DNA of 63,686 nucleotides, filler included, from Licmophora abbreviata (GCA_900291995.1; 5 parts of 5 records of this genome joined end to end with filler, not necessarily neighbours in it); one strand, 5' to 3'. Shown: positions 20,494 through 33,640, counted from the whole stretch's first letter. The notes: generated from the sequence alone by a model not told the origin. A program made the numbers and translations.

Positions 20494-23001
20494 TTACTTT
20501 TTGTCACCCTGAATCGCTCCGAATCGTTCAGCTGTCGCCGGCTCATCTTTCTTCCTCCGTACGAAGGAAAGAATTTCGTCGAACTGTGTCCGGGCTTCTG
20601 TAATAGCCGAAGCATCACTGCCACTGAGCGGAGACACGGAATTCAAGTGCTCTGTTATGAGAGCTATCAGGCCTGAGATGTATTTGTCTGTTATCGATGG
20701 GTTCCCGTGCTCAAAAAAGTGGACGTAGTGGTCGAGAAGATCTACGAACAACACGACATTGCTTGGTGAAAGAGTAGTACACGCGTCAGCGAGTTTCAAC
20801 GCTCGCTGCAAACACTCCAACGCACGTTGGGGTTTCTGGTAGACAAATCCGTCCTATAAGACAAGCATACAAAAGCAGACAATGGTTTGTGAGACAAGTT
20901 TAACGGTGGAATCGCGCTCAAGCAATATACCATCGTGCCTGGTGATACGCACCTTCTGTCCCGTCGTGAAAAATAGATGAGAGCAAAGCGTGACGAGTCG
21001 GCACTGGTCTGGCTTCTTCAGCAGTTTCGCCGAGTACTGAGCAACCTTCGTGATGAGATTCTCGTATTCCTCTTCTTCCAAGGTTTGGAAACTCAGGAGT
21101 GTCCCAATCATCGAAAGAATACAACGCTGCTGTGGCTTTGAGTCGCTGATCTGTTCTTCATATAGTGCAAAGGCCTGAGCAATCAGCTCATACGAGATGG
21201 GGGCGAATTCTTCTTTGCTATCAGGGTACGCAAAGCGATCAGCTGCAACCGCGGTATGCAGAAAAAGCTTAACGCCTATTTCCGGATTGCCTGACGATAG
21301 CATAGCAACAGTTTTCTGCAGAAATACGAACACAGTGTGGCAGCTGCGCGCGTCGCATGGGAGTGGATGAGCGACAATCCAACACTTCACCACATGAACG
21401 ATATCCAAACTCACCTCACTGATCTTTTCACAGCTGTTTCTGGTCTCTCTGTGGCAACAATTACATTTGTAGCTTCGCCGTTTATGTCTCCGGCCGGTCC
21501 TGTCGATTCCGGCGAATGGGCGTCATCTGGACACTCGCAATCCTTTTCGGCATTGGCATCGGCGAAGCTAGTCTTCGTCTGTTCGGGGGTCGCGTCGTTG
21601 TCCTCCTCCTCATTTGTCAATTCAAAGGCGACCCCGATCTCCTTTACCTCGTCAGATACTAACTTCTCTTCTGTTAATTCATCCTTGTCCGAATCCTCAT
21701 TCTCTTGTTTTGGCTCCTCGGTGCTAGACGACGGATGCTCCAGGGCATAGATGCGCTCAGCGAGTTGAAGCGCGGCAAATACCAGCGGTACCAATGTACT
21801 CCCAATTCGCGCTTTCCCTCCGGTGAAGAGGTGGTTTCTCGCAACCGACAGCATTTCGTATGCAATATCCGTATCTTCGTGGCTAAGCAAGTGAACAAGC
21901 TTGGACACCAGCGCGCTCTCTTCAGCTGAGCCTCCTGGGCCTTCGTTTGCGCTATCGCCTGGGCCAAACGAGATGCTGCTTCTTGTAGTGATTCCCAAGT
22001 CCTTCATCAGATCAGCAGTTCGATCGACATTCACTTGAGTCGGCGGGGGCGCCATGTGCTCGGCCCGAATGACAGGAGCTATGATGGAAAAGAGTTCGTC
22101 GAGTTCCTTTACCGTTCGTGGAGACTGACCAGACGCAATCACGGACTTCAACATAGACACACTAACCTCCCTCCGGTTTGGCCATGGCAAATGGGAAAGA
22201 AGGTCCGAGTAGTGATCCAACTCGAGAACCTTCAACGCGAGCGAATCCAGCGGAATCGACAACAACTTTCCAAGCTCTGTCACGGCGACTTCTTCCAAGT
22301 CTTTCGGTGCCACCGTTGTGCCTTCCTCAGGAATCCCCGTGCGAGCTTGGTGGAGCGCATTTACACACACTCCCAAGCACTGGTTCACCTGATCCATGTT
22401 TCCGGGGTAGCATTTGAGAGAAAAGTTCAGTAACGCCGTCTGCAGTCGAATCACTTCCTTGGGCGTCAGTTTCGGTCCCCTCGCATTGTAGACATTCTGT
22501 ACGCATCCTTCAAAGCGATGGAACGAATCTTTTGCGAGTGACAGCTTGACCTGGTTCGTATCCGTCTCATCCAAGAGCTCTTCTTCAGCATAGTAATTCG
22601 CTAGTCGATCCATCAAGCTCTGCAGAATAGTCCGTATGTTCACCTTGTCACGCAGCTTCGGACAGACTGCCAACAAGACATCCAACGTTTCAATATGGAA
22701 CTCATCTGGAAAGACTTGAATGATACAATCCATTAGGTATGCCTGCGCAAGTGGATCTCCACACGTTACGATCTGCTCCAGAATCTCCGGCAGAATGACT
22801 TGTCCATAGATTTGCGAATTAATGCATTCCATTTGCGACAGACGAACCAGGTTGGTACCCACAAGAATGCGTAGCTCGTTGCGTTCTCGTTCACGACGTC
22901 TGCGCTGTTCCTTGCTCTTGCCCTCTCCAGGCAAATGCTGAATACGAACCCATAACTTGTTCATCGCAGAGAAATTGTCCAAAACAAACTCGTATGCATC
23001 C
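20494..23001 (-). CDS. VPS35: Retromer subunit VPS35, 5'-truncated at spacer; introns near 21415-21317 and 20950-20855
   Basis: MNKLWVRIQH, ERNELRILVGTNLVRLSQ, AQAYLMDCIIQVFPDEFH, LLKKPDQCR, ECLQRALKLAD. Confidence 0.95.
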
Positions 23002-23101
23002 NNNNNNNNNNNNNNNNNNNNNNNNNNNNNNNNNNNNNNNNNNNNTTAATTAATTAANNNNNNNNNNNNNNNNNNNNNNNNNNNNNNNNNNNNNNNNNNN
23101 N
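23002..23101. other. Artificial contig spacer N44-TTAATTAATTAA-N44
   Basis: Palindromic six-frame stop linker flanked by Ns. Confidence 0.97.
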
Positions 23102-23231
23102 GAGGTCTCCATAGCACATCATCACCTGCCGAATGTGACTTTGTGACTTTCGGCACGAAGGCCCTGGGAGAGAATGCCTGTGCAGCCGACAAGGCCGCGA
23201 GAAAGAGCGCTGCTGCCTTGAAATTCACCAT
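23102..23231 (-). CDS. N-terminal fragment of a plastid-targeted protein (truncated by spacer)
   Basis: MVNFKAAALFLAALSAAQA-FSP: signal peptide plus ASAFAP-type cleavage motif. Confidence 0.7.
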
Positions 23232-23591
23232 GGTCAGAAACTCTCAGCAAACACAAGTTTTAAGTTTTCGAAGTCGCGTCACGTGGCGGCCGCAGAAGGA
23301 CTGCGCTGACAGATACGCCTCACTCCCACCAGCGGACAGACTGTGTCTGTGATTGCCCGAGTGACGCGCGGTTGATGAAGTTCAAAGTTCCAAAGTCTAA
23401 AAAAATCAAAAATCAAAAGAGTCAAAAAGTCAAAATTTAGACAAAGACGAAGACACCAATGACAATGGTGACAAACGGTCACATCGACACATCAAAGATC
23501 GTCAACGGCGACACAGCATTGTAGGATACCAATCCATCAATTGAGTGTATACCAGTCTGGGTTTTTAGCTACCTCGCTAGTCTTTGCTCTC

Positions 23592-24494
23592 ATGATGCTG
23601 TCATCACGGCACGAATTGACGAGAAGGAGAAACACAGCTCATCGGGTTGTCGCCCCACTCTGTGTGTTTCTATTGACTTTCCTCGGCATGTTGCTAATAA
23701 GAATGTGGCCAGAGGCGACTCCGTGGACCTATGCGCGAACACTAATTGAACTAGATTTAAGCATGGTCCCGGTGGTAAAGCCTCCTGCGCAGACTACGGA
23801 GATGTACATTCGAAAATTTGTCGAGGCAGCCAAGGCTGACACCCCAATAACGGACAAGGTGACTGATCATTCTTATTTCACCATGTATTCAAGGTTTCTG
23901 TTGCCTTTCTACGAGAGGAAGGAGAACATGCGAATGATAGAGATTGGGCTTGGCTGTGACATGAAGTATGGCCCTGGCGCATCTGTCAAACTATGGAAGA
24001 AGATTTTTCCACAAGCTGAGATTTGGGAAGCAGAGTCGAGGGCAGCGTGCGTCGAAAAGGCCAGTGCGGAAGGACAGCTCAAAGGAATCCATGTGCTCGT
24101 GGGCGACCAAGGAGATTCGAACGTTCTGAATCGGTGGGTTGAGGAAACGGGAGGAGGACACTTCGATGTCGTAATTGATGATGGAGGTCACAAGAACATA
24201 CAGATCAAGCGAACGTTTGAGAAGTTCTGGCCGCTCCTGAACGCCGGAGGCTTGTATTTTATTGAAGACATGCAAGTTGGAAAGAGACCAGTCAACATGA
24301 TGGGTGCTGACGGGGTTATGTCAGATGCCGTACAGGACTGGATCGAGCAGCTGGTGTACTCAGGGAAAGATGTTGAGGTTCAGCGACGACCAATCATGTA
24401 CAAGCTGCCTGCAGACATTGCCTTCGCTACTTGTCAGCGGCACGCCTGTGTTATCGGAAAGCTCACCCAGATGGAGAAAGCAAGTTTGCAGTAG
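23592..24494 (+). CDS. Type II membrane SAM-dependent methyltransferase-like protein
   Basis: TM near the N-terminus; TDKVTDHSY, MIEIGLGC..GPGAS..LW, GDQ, FDVVIDDGGH, GGLYFIED. Start uncertain. Confidence 0.75.
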   Translation: MMLSSRHELTRRRNTAHRVVAPLCVFLLTFLGMLLIRMWPEATPWTYARTLIELDLSMVPVVKPPAQTTEMYIRKFVEAAKADTPITDKVTDHSYFTMYSRFLLPFYERKENMRMIEIGLGCDMKYGPGASVKLWKKIFPQAEIWEAESRAACVEKASAEGQLKGIHVLVGDQGDSNVLNRWVEETGGGHFDVVIDDGGHKNIQIKRTFEKFWPLLNAGGLYFIEDMQVGKRPVNMMGADGVMSDAVQDWIEQLVYSGKDVEVQRRPIMYKLPADIAFATCQRHACVIGKLTQMEKASLQ

Positions 24495-24537
24495 CTAGAG
24501 ATCGACCTTGTATAGTATTAACAAGCTGCACCATTAG

Positions 24538-26983
24538 CTAGGACGCAAACATGAAAGTCGCCTTGTCACCTTTGATCATTCGCTCGCAGTGGCTGCTTCC
24601 GACAATTCGCTCAAGAGCATGTGCATCATACTTTGTGAACAGGGCAAGACAGGTGGTGGGAGCATCCATCTCAACTCCATCAAGTCCCAAGTTTAGAGAA
24701 TTGACCATTCCAGAAAAGACGTCAGGCTGTTCTGGCAGCCCAAACCAGATTAAGTGTCTCACGCCCTTGATTGTGTGGCGGCTGAAGAAATGGCATCTTC
24801 CTGTGTAGAGCATAATGGGCTTCCGCCCCTGGAGGAATCGGGCTCGACCACGGCTCACTTCGCTGACACGGGCATACTCTGTGACACTCACGAAGTCCAT
24901 CTCTTTCTTTAGCAAGGCATTGCGCACAGCAATGAAATCGAAATAGGATGGGATGAAGATCATGGTATGCTTTTGCTTTGACTGTCGAATTCGGGGAAGA
25001 ACACGATCTGCGAAGTAGCGCAGTCGGTCATTCCCTTGGCTCGCCAAGGAATTGGATGTAATGCGATGAAACACCTGCTTTACGCGAGCAGTGACGCTGC
25101 ACAAGCTGGAGTCTTCCACTGGTGTACGCCTCTTCAGCTTCGCCCTACCTTCGATACTCCGTGAAAAGCGCTTGAAGGTTGAGAGAACGCTGGGGTCGGT
25201 CAGCTGTGAGCAAACAATGAGCTGACGCCAGTACTCTGCCTTTCCGTTCAAGAGGTAGTGTCTGACGCGCGAGAAATCAGTGTCGTTGTTCTTTGTTGGT
25301 TGCTTATTCAGAAGATCAAGCACAGAGTTCACGTGATCCCAGTTTTGCATCAGCAGCACTTCAGAATGTGCCACAACACAGACTTCGATGCTCGACAGGT
25401 AATCAGCGCCCCCTTCGCCATCGCCCGACTCGATAGCCATCTTTAGACCTAGCGGAGACGCCACGATAATATCGCTTCTGTAAAAGTCAGAGTACAGCTT
25501 CACGGACACACCGCCTGTCTTGCTCGATTTCGGGTTCTTCTTCTTAGCAGCAGCTTTTGGAGTCATTGACATGCCAACCTTGAAATCGTCGTCGTCATTG
25601 GCTTCGTCACCGAAAAGCTCCTGCCACTCGGCCCCCTTTGACTCCAAAATCGCCTTTCTTCTTCTTTTCCTTGCCTCATCCGTCTCCTCATCGTCTTCTG
25701 CAGGTAGGAGGAGCCCGTATTCAGTGTCGAATCGATCCAAGTTCTCCACATACACAGAATCTCCTAACACCTTCATTATTCCATGGACAAACGATTGACA
25801 AGTTCCTCGTGTTGGCAACAAGATTAAGACTGTGGGTCGAGTATAGCCCTGGTCTCGAAACTTATCCGCGTCGACATCCGGTTCATTCTCCAGCTCTTCG
25901 ATTTCTTTGACCCGTTTGTTGTTTCTTTGGATTCTCCCTCTCGATGTCAAGACGTGATTCACGACGTGAAGATAGAGAATGTTATTCAGCGCATCACGAT
26001 TCTTCTGCGAAACAGACAATCACAACGCATGTTAGTCCCGAGACATTGCCAGCTTTGACGAATGGCACGACACAGTCATTTACCTCGCGAGATACGGCAG
26101 TCACCAACAGATCACGGTAGTCAACCAACGACGGATACAGGACGTCTTGGAGGGCTGACAGTTCTCCCGGTGGTCTTCCTCCCTCAGCCGCTCTCTCAGA
26201 GTCTTGGCGAAGGATGGGCCTGTTCATGGTCCTCCAACCTTCCTCCAGAACCTTCCGATTGAAAGAGAGTCTGCGTGTTGCCTCCGACACATCCATGGAA
26301 TCCGCAGTCCCCGCTTGTTGCTCGACAATGGCACTCGGCAGTTGCAGTTCCAGAAATCGATCAAGGAATGGCGTGGAGGACTTTCTCATCTCGACAGATG
26401 TCTTGATACATGACAGATCATGTTCATTGTTCTCCGGCAGTTGGTAGTTGAAATGGTTTGAGAAAGGATCCTGCTTTCCACCAGCCGCATGCGCATCGTC
26501 AGATCCAAATGCAACGTATTCCTCCACCTCCATGGTCTCGTGGTCACTTCCATGCTCATTCAGTTGAATTTCGTCTTCAGACATATGGTCTTCCGCTTCC
26601 ATGTCAGAATCACTCCCGGCCTCACTGGTAAGTGATTTCCTCGTTTTCTTTGACTTGTAGATGTTGGCCATCAGAAGGTCCAAGGCTGCGTCATTCCCAT
26701 GTCCTTCATCATCAGTGGTTTCAGAGTCATCACCATCCGTCTCCTCAACTCGACTCGCTTCATGATGTATCGATTCTCGTGCCCCCCAGCTTCCATACGT
26801 ACTACTTTGTTTCGCGGTGTTGGGGACAAGAAGACGACTCTTGCCGCGCCGTATGCGACCTTGATTTTGCTCGTCTTCGTCAACATGCTCGCCCCACTGG
26901 CGTTCCAACTTGGCCTTGGCGCGAGCCTTCTTGCCCTTGGGGCCCTTATTTTTCTTCTTGTCGCTCTTGCCTTTCGATCCCAT
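24538..26983 (-). CDS. UTP25: U3 snoRNA-associated protein 25 (DEF/DIEXF); intron ~26082-26011
   Basis: FRDQGYTRPTVLILLP, LYSDFYRSDIIVASPLGL, LMQNWDHV, DFSRVR, FIPSYFDFIAVRN, ERIVG. Confidence 0.92.
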
Positions 26984-27376
26984 GGTACAGATGGTCGAGA
27001 TAAGAATGAATCGATGTGTTTGCAGACGCCGATAGCTTTTTTGAAATGAGGTGACGATTTTTCGATTTTCGTGGCGAGAAGCCAACACGTCTTGCCTTCG
27101 TCAGTCGTCAGTTTGAGTCGGATGGGTCCCACAATGTTTGGCGCGCGTTTTTCTTCTGTCGTCATTCTCGCTCGCGAAAAACACCGACGGAACACATCAG
27201 CCACGACGATGAAGTCAAAGTCGCTCTCGTTGTCGACGCCATCTCTACGTCGGATCTGTTTTTATGCTCGAGGTGATCCCCATTTTCCATTGGATCGTGT
27301 TCCAAAGCGCGTGCGATCGATTGTTGTCGTTGTTCTGGTGGTGGCGTGCTCGGAGCTTGTGACCGCCATCGCGCCC

Positions 27377-28603
27377 ATGACACGAGCCAGACCAACGAGA
27401 ATGTGGTTCGTGGTGCAGCCGAGGCTGTCCACCCGACGGTACGGATTTCAAATGAAACTCTCTTCTACCTCATCCTCCTCGTTCGATCTGGACACTTCGG
27501 CTGCTACTTTCCCATTCAAGCCGTCGTTGGCGGCCTCTCGGCTTGGCCTCGATCCTCCTGAGAATCGGTTCCATGCGCCCATTGTCAACCACGAGAACTA
27601 CTCCTTCAAAGGGTGGCCCCCCAACCACACCTTTCCAATGGACAAGTTTGATCGTCTTGCTTATGCTCTCAAGACTACATGTCGGAAAACACACTCGGAA
27701 AGCAGCCTACCTCGTCCGCTGGTGCGACAGGAGCATGACTTTTTCCGGCCCTACGATCTGCAGAATGTTCCCAGGCGATGGCTGGAGCAGCCGACTGGAC
27801 CCATCAGTCCGGACTTTGTAGATCGCTTTCTGAAAGGCCAGTTGGATCAATCGGAGGCGCGATACATTGGATTTCGTGAACAAACCACTCGACCTGAACT
27901 TATTGAGCGAACCGTTCTAGAAGTGGCAGGGACTGTCCTGACGGCACAGCTAGCGTTTCATTATGGCATTGCCTCTAATGTCGCAGGAGGAACACACCAT
28001 GCACATCCAACAGGAGGAGCTGGCTATACTATTCTGAATGACCTTGCCGTCGCGGCCAACTTTCTGACGGATGAATCCCTGAACAGTGGATCGGTGACTG
28101 GGGTTCGAAGAGTGCTGGTGGTTGACTGCGATGTACATCAGGGCGACGGCACTGCCAAGTTTGGTGATCTCGGCGATGGCCGCCTTTCAACGTTGAGCAT
28201 CCATTGTGCCTCCAACTACCCAAGGCTCAAGGCGCATTCGACATACGACATCGGACTGAGGGATGGATGCGAGGACGAAGAGTATATGGAAAATCTCGAG
28301 GAAAGCGTAAACCGAGCCCTGGAGGAAATCGAACCAGATTTTGTCCTGTACGATGCAGGAGTAGACGTGTATGCCAAAGACAAACTCGGTAGACTGAAGG
28401 TATCCGAAAATGGCATTCGGCAGCGCGACCGATGGGTACTGGATCGATGCGTGAGTGCTGGCATCCCCGTTGCAGCTGTTGTTGGTGGAGGATACGACAA
28501 GGATGTTGACGCTCTCGCACGACGACATGCCATTGTCCATGAGGAATGTGCATTTGTCTGGAGAAAGCACAACATGTGGAGCCGTAATCCCTCGTACGAA
28601 TAG
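27377..28603 (+). CDS. Zn-dependent histone deacetylase-family protein (AcuC/class IV-like); start uncertain
   Basis: HTFPMDKF, GGTHHA, DCDVHQGDG, YDAGVD, GGGY motifs. Confidence 0.88.
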   Translation: MTRARPTRMWFVVQPRLSTRRYGFQMKLSSTSSSSFDLDTSAATFPFKPSLAASRLGLDPPENRFHAPIVNHENYSFKGWPPNHTFPMDKFDRLAYALKTTCRKTHSESSLPRPLVRQEHDFFRPYDLQNVPRRWLEQPTGPISPDFVDRFLKGQLDQSEARYIGFREQTTRPELIERTVLEVAGTVLTAQLAFHYGIASNVAGGTHHAHPTGGAGYTILNDLAVAANFLTDESLNSGSVTGVRRVLVVDCDVHQGDGTAKFGDLGDGRLSTLSIHCASNYPRLKAHSTYDIGLRDGCEDEEYMENLEESVNRALEEIEPDFVLYDAGVDVYAKDKLGRLKVSENGIRQRDRWVLDRCVSAGIPVAAVVGGGYDKDVDALARRHAIVHEECAFVWRKHNMWSRNPSYE

Positions 28604-28710
28604 ACGAAAGAAGGCATTTATGTAACTAGATTCTTCCGCTATCTGCTTAGAGTCACCCATGACTCAAGACTGCCGCAGAAACGCCCCCGGCAGCTCGGTC
28701 GGTTGTAGCG

Positions 28711-29352
28711 TCAGAACTCCAGCAGAGGGATATCACTCAGTTCTCTTCTGGAACAAAGATACTCTCCCAGCAGAATCATGACTATTGTCCCCAGAATATG
28801 GAGGATCCACCAGTCCGGCCGTCCCGGGACTCCGTCATACATAGCACACACCGTGAGATTAATGAGGAATAAGGTCACAGAGAAGTCCAGACACTTTTTG
28901 CTTTTTTCAACAATGGCTGCCAAGAGAACGGCTCTGTAGAATGGAGAGGATGCATGTCAGAAGCCCGGACTATTTTCACGCAGACAAGGCACCGAGGAGA
29001 AGCAACACACGATTTACCCGATGAGGTACGAGAGCAGAATCGCAAAATTATCGACCCATCCACTGGAAGACCACACGTTTACAAAGTCGTCGGTGAAGAT
29101 ACGATCAATAGTGATCGACGTGGAAAAGAAAACATGATTGCATTGAATAATAAAGCCGAGAATGATATAGTGAAAGCACTGCAGAGCAACAATCTGAGAG
29201 AAGATTAGTCGTGGGTTGAATGCGTCCTTGTTAGAGCCGTGTGCGCGGATCTTCCTCCACCTTCTGGTCAGTGAGCTACTGTTTCCATTTTGCGACGTGC
29301 TCTCCTCATTGGAGGGTTGCGGAGGGGCTGAAATACTGCGTCTTCCTGCCAT
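28711..29352 (-). CDS. SYS1: Golgi integral membrane protein SYS1-like; one intron ~29017-28935
   Basis: FNPRLIFSQIVALQCFHY, IVEKSKKCLDF, WW, LGEYLC.RREL.DIP. Confidence 0.85.
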
Positions 29353-29725
29353 GGTTTTCTGTGAAACTTCATCAGCGTGTCGTGTTGGGGTTTTGCTGGG
29401 GCGCCGTTGTGATTTTTTATTTTTATTTTTTAATGTTAGTCGAGCTAGTCGATTCGACTCCTTCGATCTCCCATGTCGGTCTACCACAGGCACCACGGTA
29501 GTACCTTGTTTGCTACTATAGAAGGTCTAGCTCGATCTCGTCTTACATGTACCAGTACCTGGTAGTCTTTAGAAGATAAGCGCGTTCACTCTTTGAAGCA
29601 TGTGCTATCTGTTCGAAAGGAGCCTGAGCGTGCATGCAATGGATTCGATGTACTGGGTCCGTGATGTTCCATTTCAAACGCGCAGACTATGATAGCACTG
29701 CTCGTCGTCTGAATCATCCGCAGCA

Positions 29726-31006
29726 TCACTCCCTGCATTGCTTTATGAACTCAGGGGAGAAACGAACCAGATTGTAGATTGTATTCAAGTCGGCGTTTAA
29801 GGCAGCTGCGACCAAAGGAGGGTACAAGCTATTCGGTGAGTCGGGAGTCTTAAGAGCATCAGGCCCTAACTTCACGAGCCATTCAAGGCCGTCGTCCCAT
29901 GAGATTCCCTTTCGTAGGCCGACAAGGATCGGAGAGGAGCCATCCGGAAGTGGGATAAGAGCAGAGGCTGGAGCTCGACTAAGAAGCACTTTCAGAAGCA
30001 CCTCGGAGCTGTTGTGCAGTAAAACATGATGAAGCGGTATCAGACCCGCGGCATCCCGGTCAAGCGCGAAAGCCTGAAACATATCAAGGCAAGCTTGGGC
30101 AACATGCGGGCACGAGATCGCCAACCCGCAAGTGATGTGGACGGGACTCGACGATCCGTTAGGCAAACGGTACGCATCCCTTGAGCCCTCGCAAAGAAGC
30201 AGCATGCACTTTTCCCAGAGGAGGCAAGTGTCGGCGTCGCAAAGAGCATTCTCGGCGTGATCTGGGACTGCGTCTGCGACATCTGTCGATAGTTCAAACA
30301 CGCGTATCGTCACCGCTTTCATCTTCCTAAGTGTTACTTCATTTGCACATGCGATAGTAACAGCTCTGTCGTACTTTTCAGCAAGTATTTGGAGCGGAGA
30401 CTTGTCAACGTTTTCATAGGAATCTTGGGCATAGTAAAGCTCGCCTCCTGTCTTGGGGCCAATCCATGGGCTACAGCGCCTCGTTCGCACCAGAGCATCG
30501 AAAGTGCTCAAAGGTGCATTTCGTTCGCTTGCTAAGCAAAGAGGCGATGGATCCTTTGACTGAAGGATGTTTCTGCTGGGTAGGTCCGGTTCCAAGGATT
30601 GTATTTTGGCGCAATAGAGAGGCACCAAGTGGTCGTTGCCTCCCGGAAACGCACAGAGGTGATGGAGCGGCGTCCACCCTAGTCTAGGGTCTTCGAGAAA
30701 GAGGGCATGTGGATTAACCTCGATCAGTGCCTCGGCAACGAACTGTGGACATGCCCGACTGAACGAGGCCAAGTGCAGCGCAGTCTGTCCTGTGTCTTCC
30801 GAAATGCAGCAGGCTTCGTCTGGATGGGTCGCGCATCGCTCTACAACTCCTGTCCACTGCTTCTCCCATGTCTGTCGAAGAAGCTGGCAGCGGGAGCGAG
30901 AAACCTTCTTGTACTGTGGGACCACAAGGTGCGTCGGTCGTATTGCCTCGTTCGCTTCCAGGAACACACCAGCATTTCTACGGGACTGATGGCGGTGATC
31001 ATCCAT
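29726..31006 (-). CDS. Ankyrin-like repeat hypothetical protein
   Basis: GQTALHLA, GWTPLHHLC, GLIPLHH repeats; C-terminal YP..AA...L.TIY.LVR..PE. Confidence 0.7.
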   Translation of the reverse strand: MDDHRHQSRRNAGVFLEANEAIRPTHLVVPQYKKVSRSRCQLLRQTWEKQWTGVVERCATHPDEACCISEDTGQTALHLASFSRACPQFVAEALIEVNPHALFLEDPRLGWTPLHHLCAFPGGNDHLVPLYCAKIQSLEPDLPSRNILQSKDPSPLCLASERNAPLSTFDALVRTRRCSPWIGPKTGGELYYAQDSYENVDKSPLQILAEKYDRAVTIACANEVTLRKMKAVTIRVFELSTDVADAVPDHAENALCDADTCLLWEKCMLLLCEGSRDAYRLPNGSSSPVHITCGLAISCPHVAQACLDMFQAFALDRDAAGLIPLHHVLLHNSSEVLLKVLLSRAPASALIPLPDGSSPILVGLRKGISWDDGLEWLVKLGPDALKTPDSPNSLYPPLVAAALNADLNTIYNLVRFSPEFIKQCRE

Positions 31007-31514
31007 CGCGGTCAAAGGTGGACAGAGCAGATTCCCCAAAGAAGGCGAAGACTGCTTGAATGGGATAGAACGGTCTTGATCGTGCACAAGACAGTGGGAA
31101 TGGAGCAGGTTTCTTACACAGTCAACATTGCAACATTGTCCAGTTCAGTCGCGTCTTCCTTCTTGCCTTCAAACAAAATCCAAAATCCAGATCTCTAAGA
31201 ATGTCATGATGACGCAGCATGCCAATCTCGTGTAAAAAATGTACCAAAACCTACTGGACCGTTTTTGAAACGCTCTTGGCGCCGTTTGCGGCATGTTTCA
31301 GAAACGTTTTCAAAATAAAGTTAAATCGCTCTCTCTCTATCCACGAGCCTTCATCTCCTCTCCTGTATCGCCACACTTTCTTGACGGATCAAGTGCAGTG
31401 GACCAAGGTAGGTAGAAAGAAAACGCTTTTCCGTGGCGTGTTGCGGGTTGATTGTTTTCGAAAGTGAGTGTCGCTCATGCGCGGTGCACGTCCTCATCTC
31501 GACAGGAAACAACG

Positions 31515-32255
31515 ATGCAGTTCCCCATGATTCTCTCTCTACCTCCAATGAGCGGAAAGTGGGACGATGATCTGAGCGACATTTCCTGCAGCGATGACGA
31601 GCTGTCCGTCGGCCCCTGTTTCTGCCTCGTTGGTGACGACATAGAATACCCCGAATATGTCACTGATGATGAGTTCCCAGTCACTGACCTCTTTGGTAGA
31701 GTCGTCAACGAAAGTGTCCCTTCCTGCGTAACTCCCGAGCTTTCGGAAAAAGACAAGGGTCACGTGAATCGTCTCAGCGTCTCTGTTGACTTTCTTACAG
31801 TCGCAGTCAGCAACCTCCTCAACCCAGAAGACGACACCAAGGATGTCGATGTCGATGTCGATCACAAGCTTTTCAGTGAGCCAAATGAAGAGGACGAGCG
31901 CCTCCCTGGGTCGGTGTACAGTTCGCCTCGTCTCTCATCGCCCCCAAGGGTTCACCGCAAGATCTTCTCACCCTACAGCAGTCCCCTTGATGATTCCATT
32001 TTTGAACGTACAAAAACGCAAGGGTTGTCGTCATTGCATCTAGGCGACTCCTTCGAAGGCCCCAAAGAAAACAAGAAACTTAGTATGAGCTGGTCTTCTC
32101 CGCAGAGCGTATTTGCGCAGAGCTTTGTCAAACCTTGCAGCACGGCAATCATTTCCAAGGAGATGGACAGCCACGAAGACGTATACGATGTCGAGCATCG
32201 TGAGCGGGAAGATATGGCTGTCTGGGCAGTTCGAGAATGTCTTTTTGCAAACTGA
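31515..32255 (+). CDS. Acidic/Ser-rich hypothetical protein
   Basis: 246-codon ATG ORF in divergent arrangement; no recognisable domain. Confidence 0.55.
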   Translation: MQFPMILSLPPMSGKWDDDLSDISCSDDELSVGPCFCLVGDDIEYPEYVTDDEFPVTDLFGRVVNESVPSCVTPELSEKDKGHVNRLSVSVDFLTVAVSNLLNPEDDTKDVDVDVDHKLFSEPNEEDERLPGSVYSSPRLSSPPRVHRKIFSPYSSPLDDSIFERTKTQGLSSLHLGDSFEGPKENKKLSMSWSSPQSVFAQSFVKPCSTAIISKEMDSHEDVYDVEHREREDMAVWAVRECLFAN

Positions 32256-32961
32256 ACGCAGAGAGTATCAATATGATGTAAACAAGAGGGCAGAGGTATG
32301 GATCGAGTCTGGGGAGACTCCATAATGAAGAAAGCGTGTGAGACGACCTGTTACAGCAGGCAGTAATGCTATCCGGCGGTAAAGACGCTTTTGTCTCCAT
32401 CTTCACCTCCACTGTGCACATAGGACATTGTCGCATGAACGCATTTGCGATCCGCCATACGACTTAGTAATCGTCACAGGGTGCATCCATGTTGCGGCTG
32501 TCCACTCGTAGCATTATCGATGTGGAGAGCGCGGTAAGCGCGCGGTGTTGCCCCCCAAAGCGACCGTCGAGCTTCACGAGACTGTGTGAGCGACGCGACA
32601 CATCAGCGAGACGAAGAGCTTCACACTCTTCTGCCTCATCGTTGTGGTCTTCAAGCTTGTTCTCTACTTTTGATCCTGATGACTCTATTCATCGCCGCAT
32701 TCACGACATCTCGGGTTTCAATTCGAATTTCAAAGCGCCACGATTGGTTCGTGCGAGGCGAATGCGACTGCTTGCGGACACCGGCTGTCACAAGGAGTCG
32801 AGAGTCGGCTCTGAAAGCAATAGACGACCCCTCCCAACTCAACAGTGGTACGTCATACAAGTATGCCACTCCCAGAAACAAACTTTAGAGGAGCGTATAG
32901 AGGGGTGAATACTCACAGTTTTGGCTTTACCGCGCACCCTCTGCCTGATGCATCCATGCAG

Positions 32962-33509
32962 CACCCGGTGTCTATGCGCCAATCGTCAACGTCCCAGCGT
33001 TGGTTTCCTTCCTTATTATTACGACAGTCTTCAGCTTTCTCATTCTCCGCATAAATGCCGTAGATCGGGCTGCTGTTCGGAGGAAGGATGCCTTGCATCT
33101 TTTGCGTACTGTCAAGTCCAAAGAGCTTTCCAGTGTCGGTGACGATCGACCCGATCCAGAACTCGTCAAGCAATCACTCGACGGGTACGAGCGGGCCTTG
33201 ATGGAAGAAGAGAACCTCCGTACCTTGTTTCCAGGTGTGCGGATAGTGGCACCCAATGGTCCCGCGAGCAATTCCATAGAAGAAGTGGCTGCAGCGAAAC
33301 AGTTTCTCGGAATCGATCTACAGCCCCCGGACGAATCATCTAGCGAACCAGCTGAACGAAAAGGCTTGCCGAGCGGGGCAATTGCTACTCTGGCGGTCGT
33401 TGCACTAAGTCAGCTGGCGCTCTTGGTGTACATGCTCTCTTTCGACCCAATGGTGGCTACTGGCGACTACACGAACTTCGGTGGCGCAGCCGGCGGTTTT
33501 TCGTGGTAG
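32962..33509 (+). CDS. Hypothetical membrane protein, 3' exon (5' exon unresolved)
   Basis: Open frame from a likely acceptor at 32961; two hydrophobic segments flanking a helical region. Confidence 0.55.
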
Positions 33510-33640
33510 TCATGGTCGCTTTCAGTAATCACTGGAGTAGCGTACCAGGTAACATAGAAAATGTCTCTACTCACTGTTATCTACAAACGGCATTGTTCCC
33601 ACCATCGACGTCGCTCCAGCGCTGTCGCCTTCTTGCTATT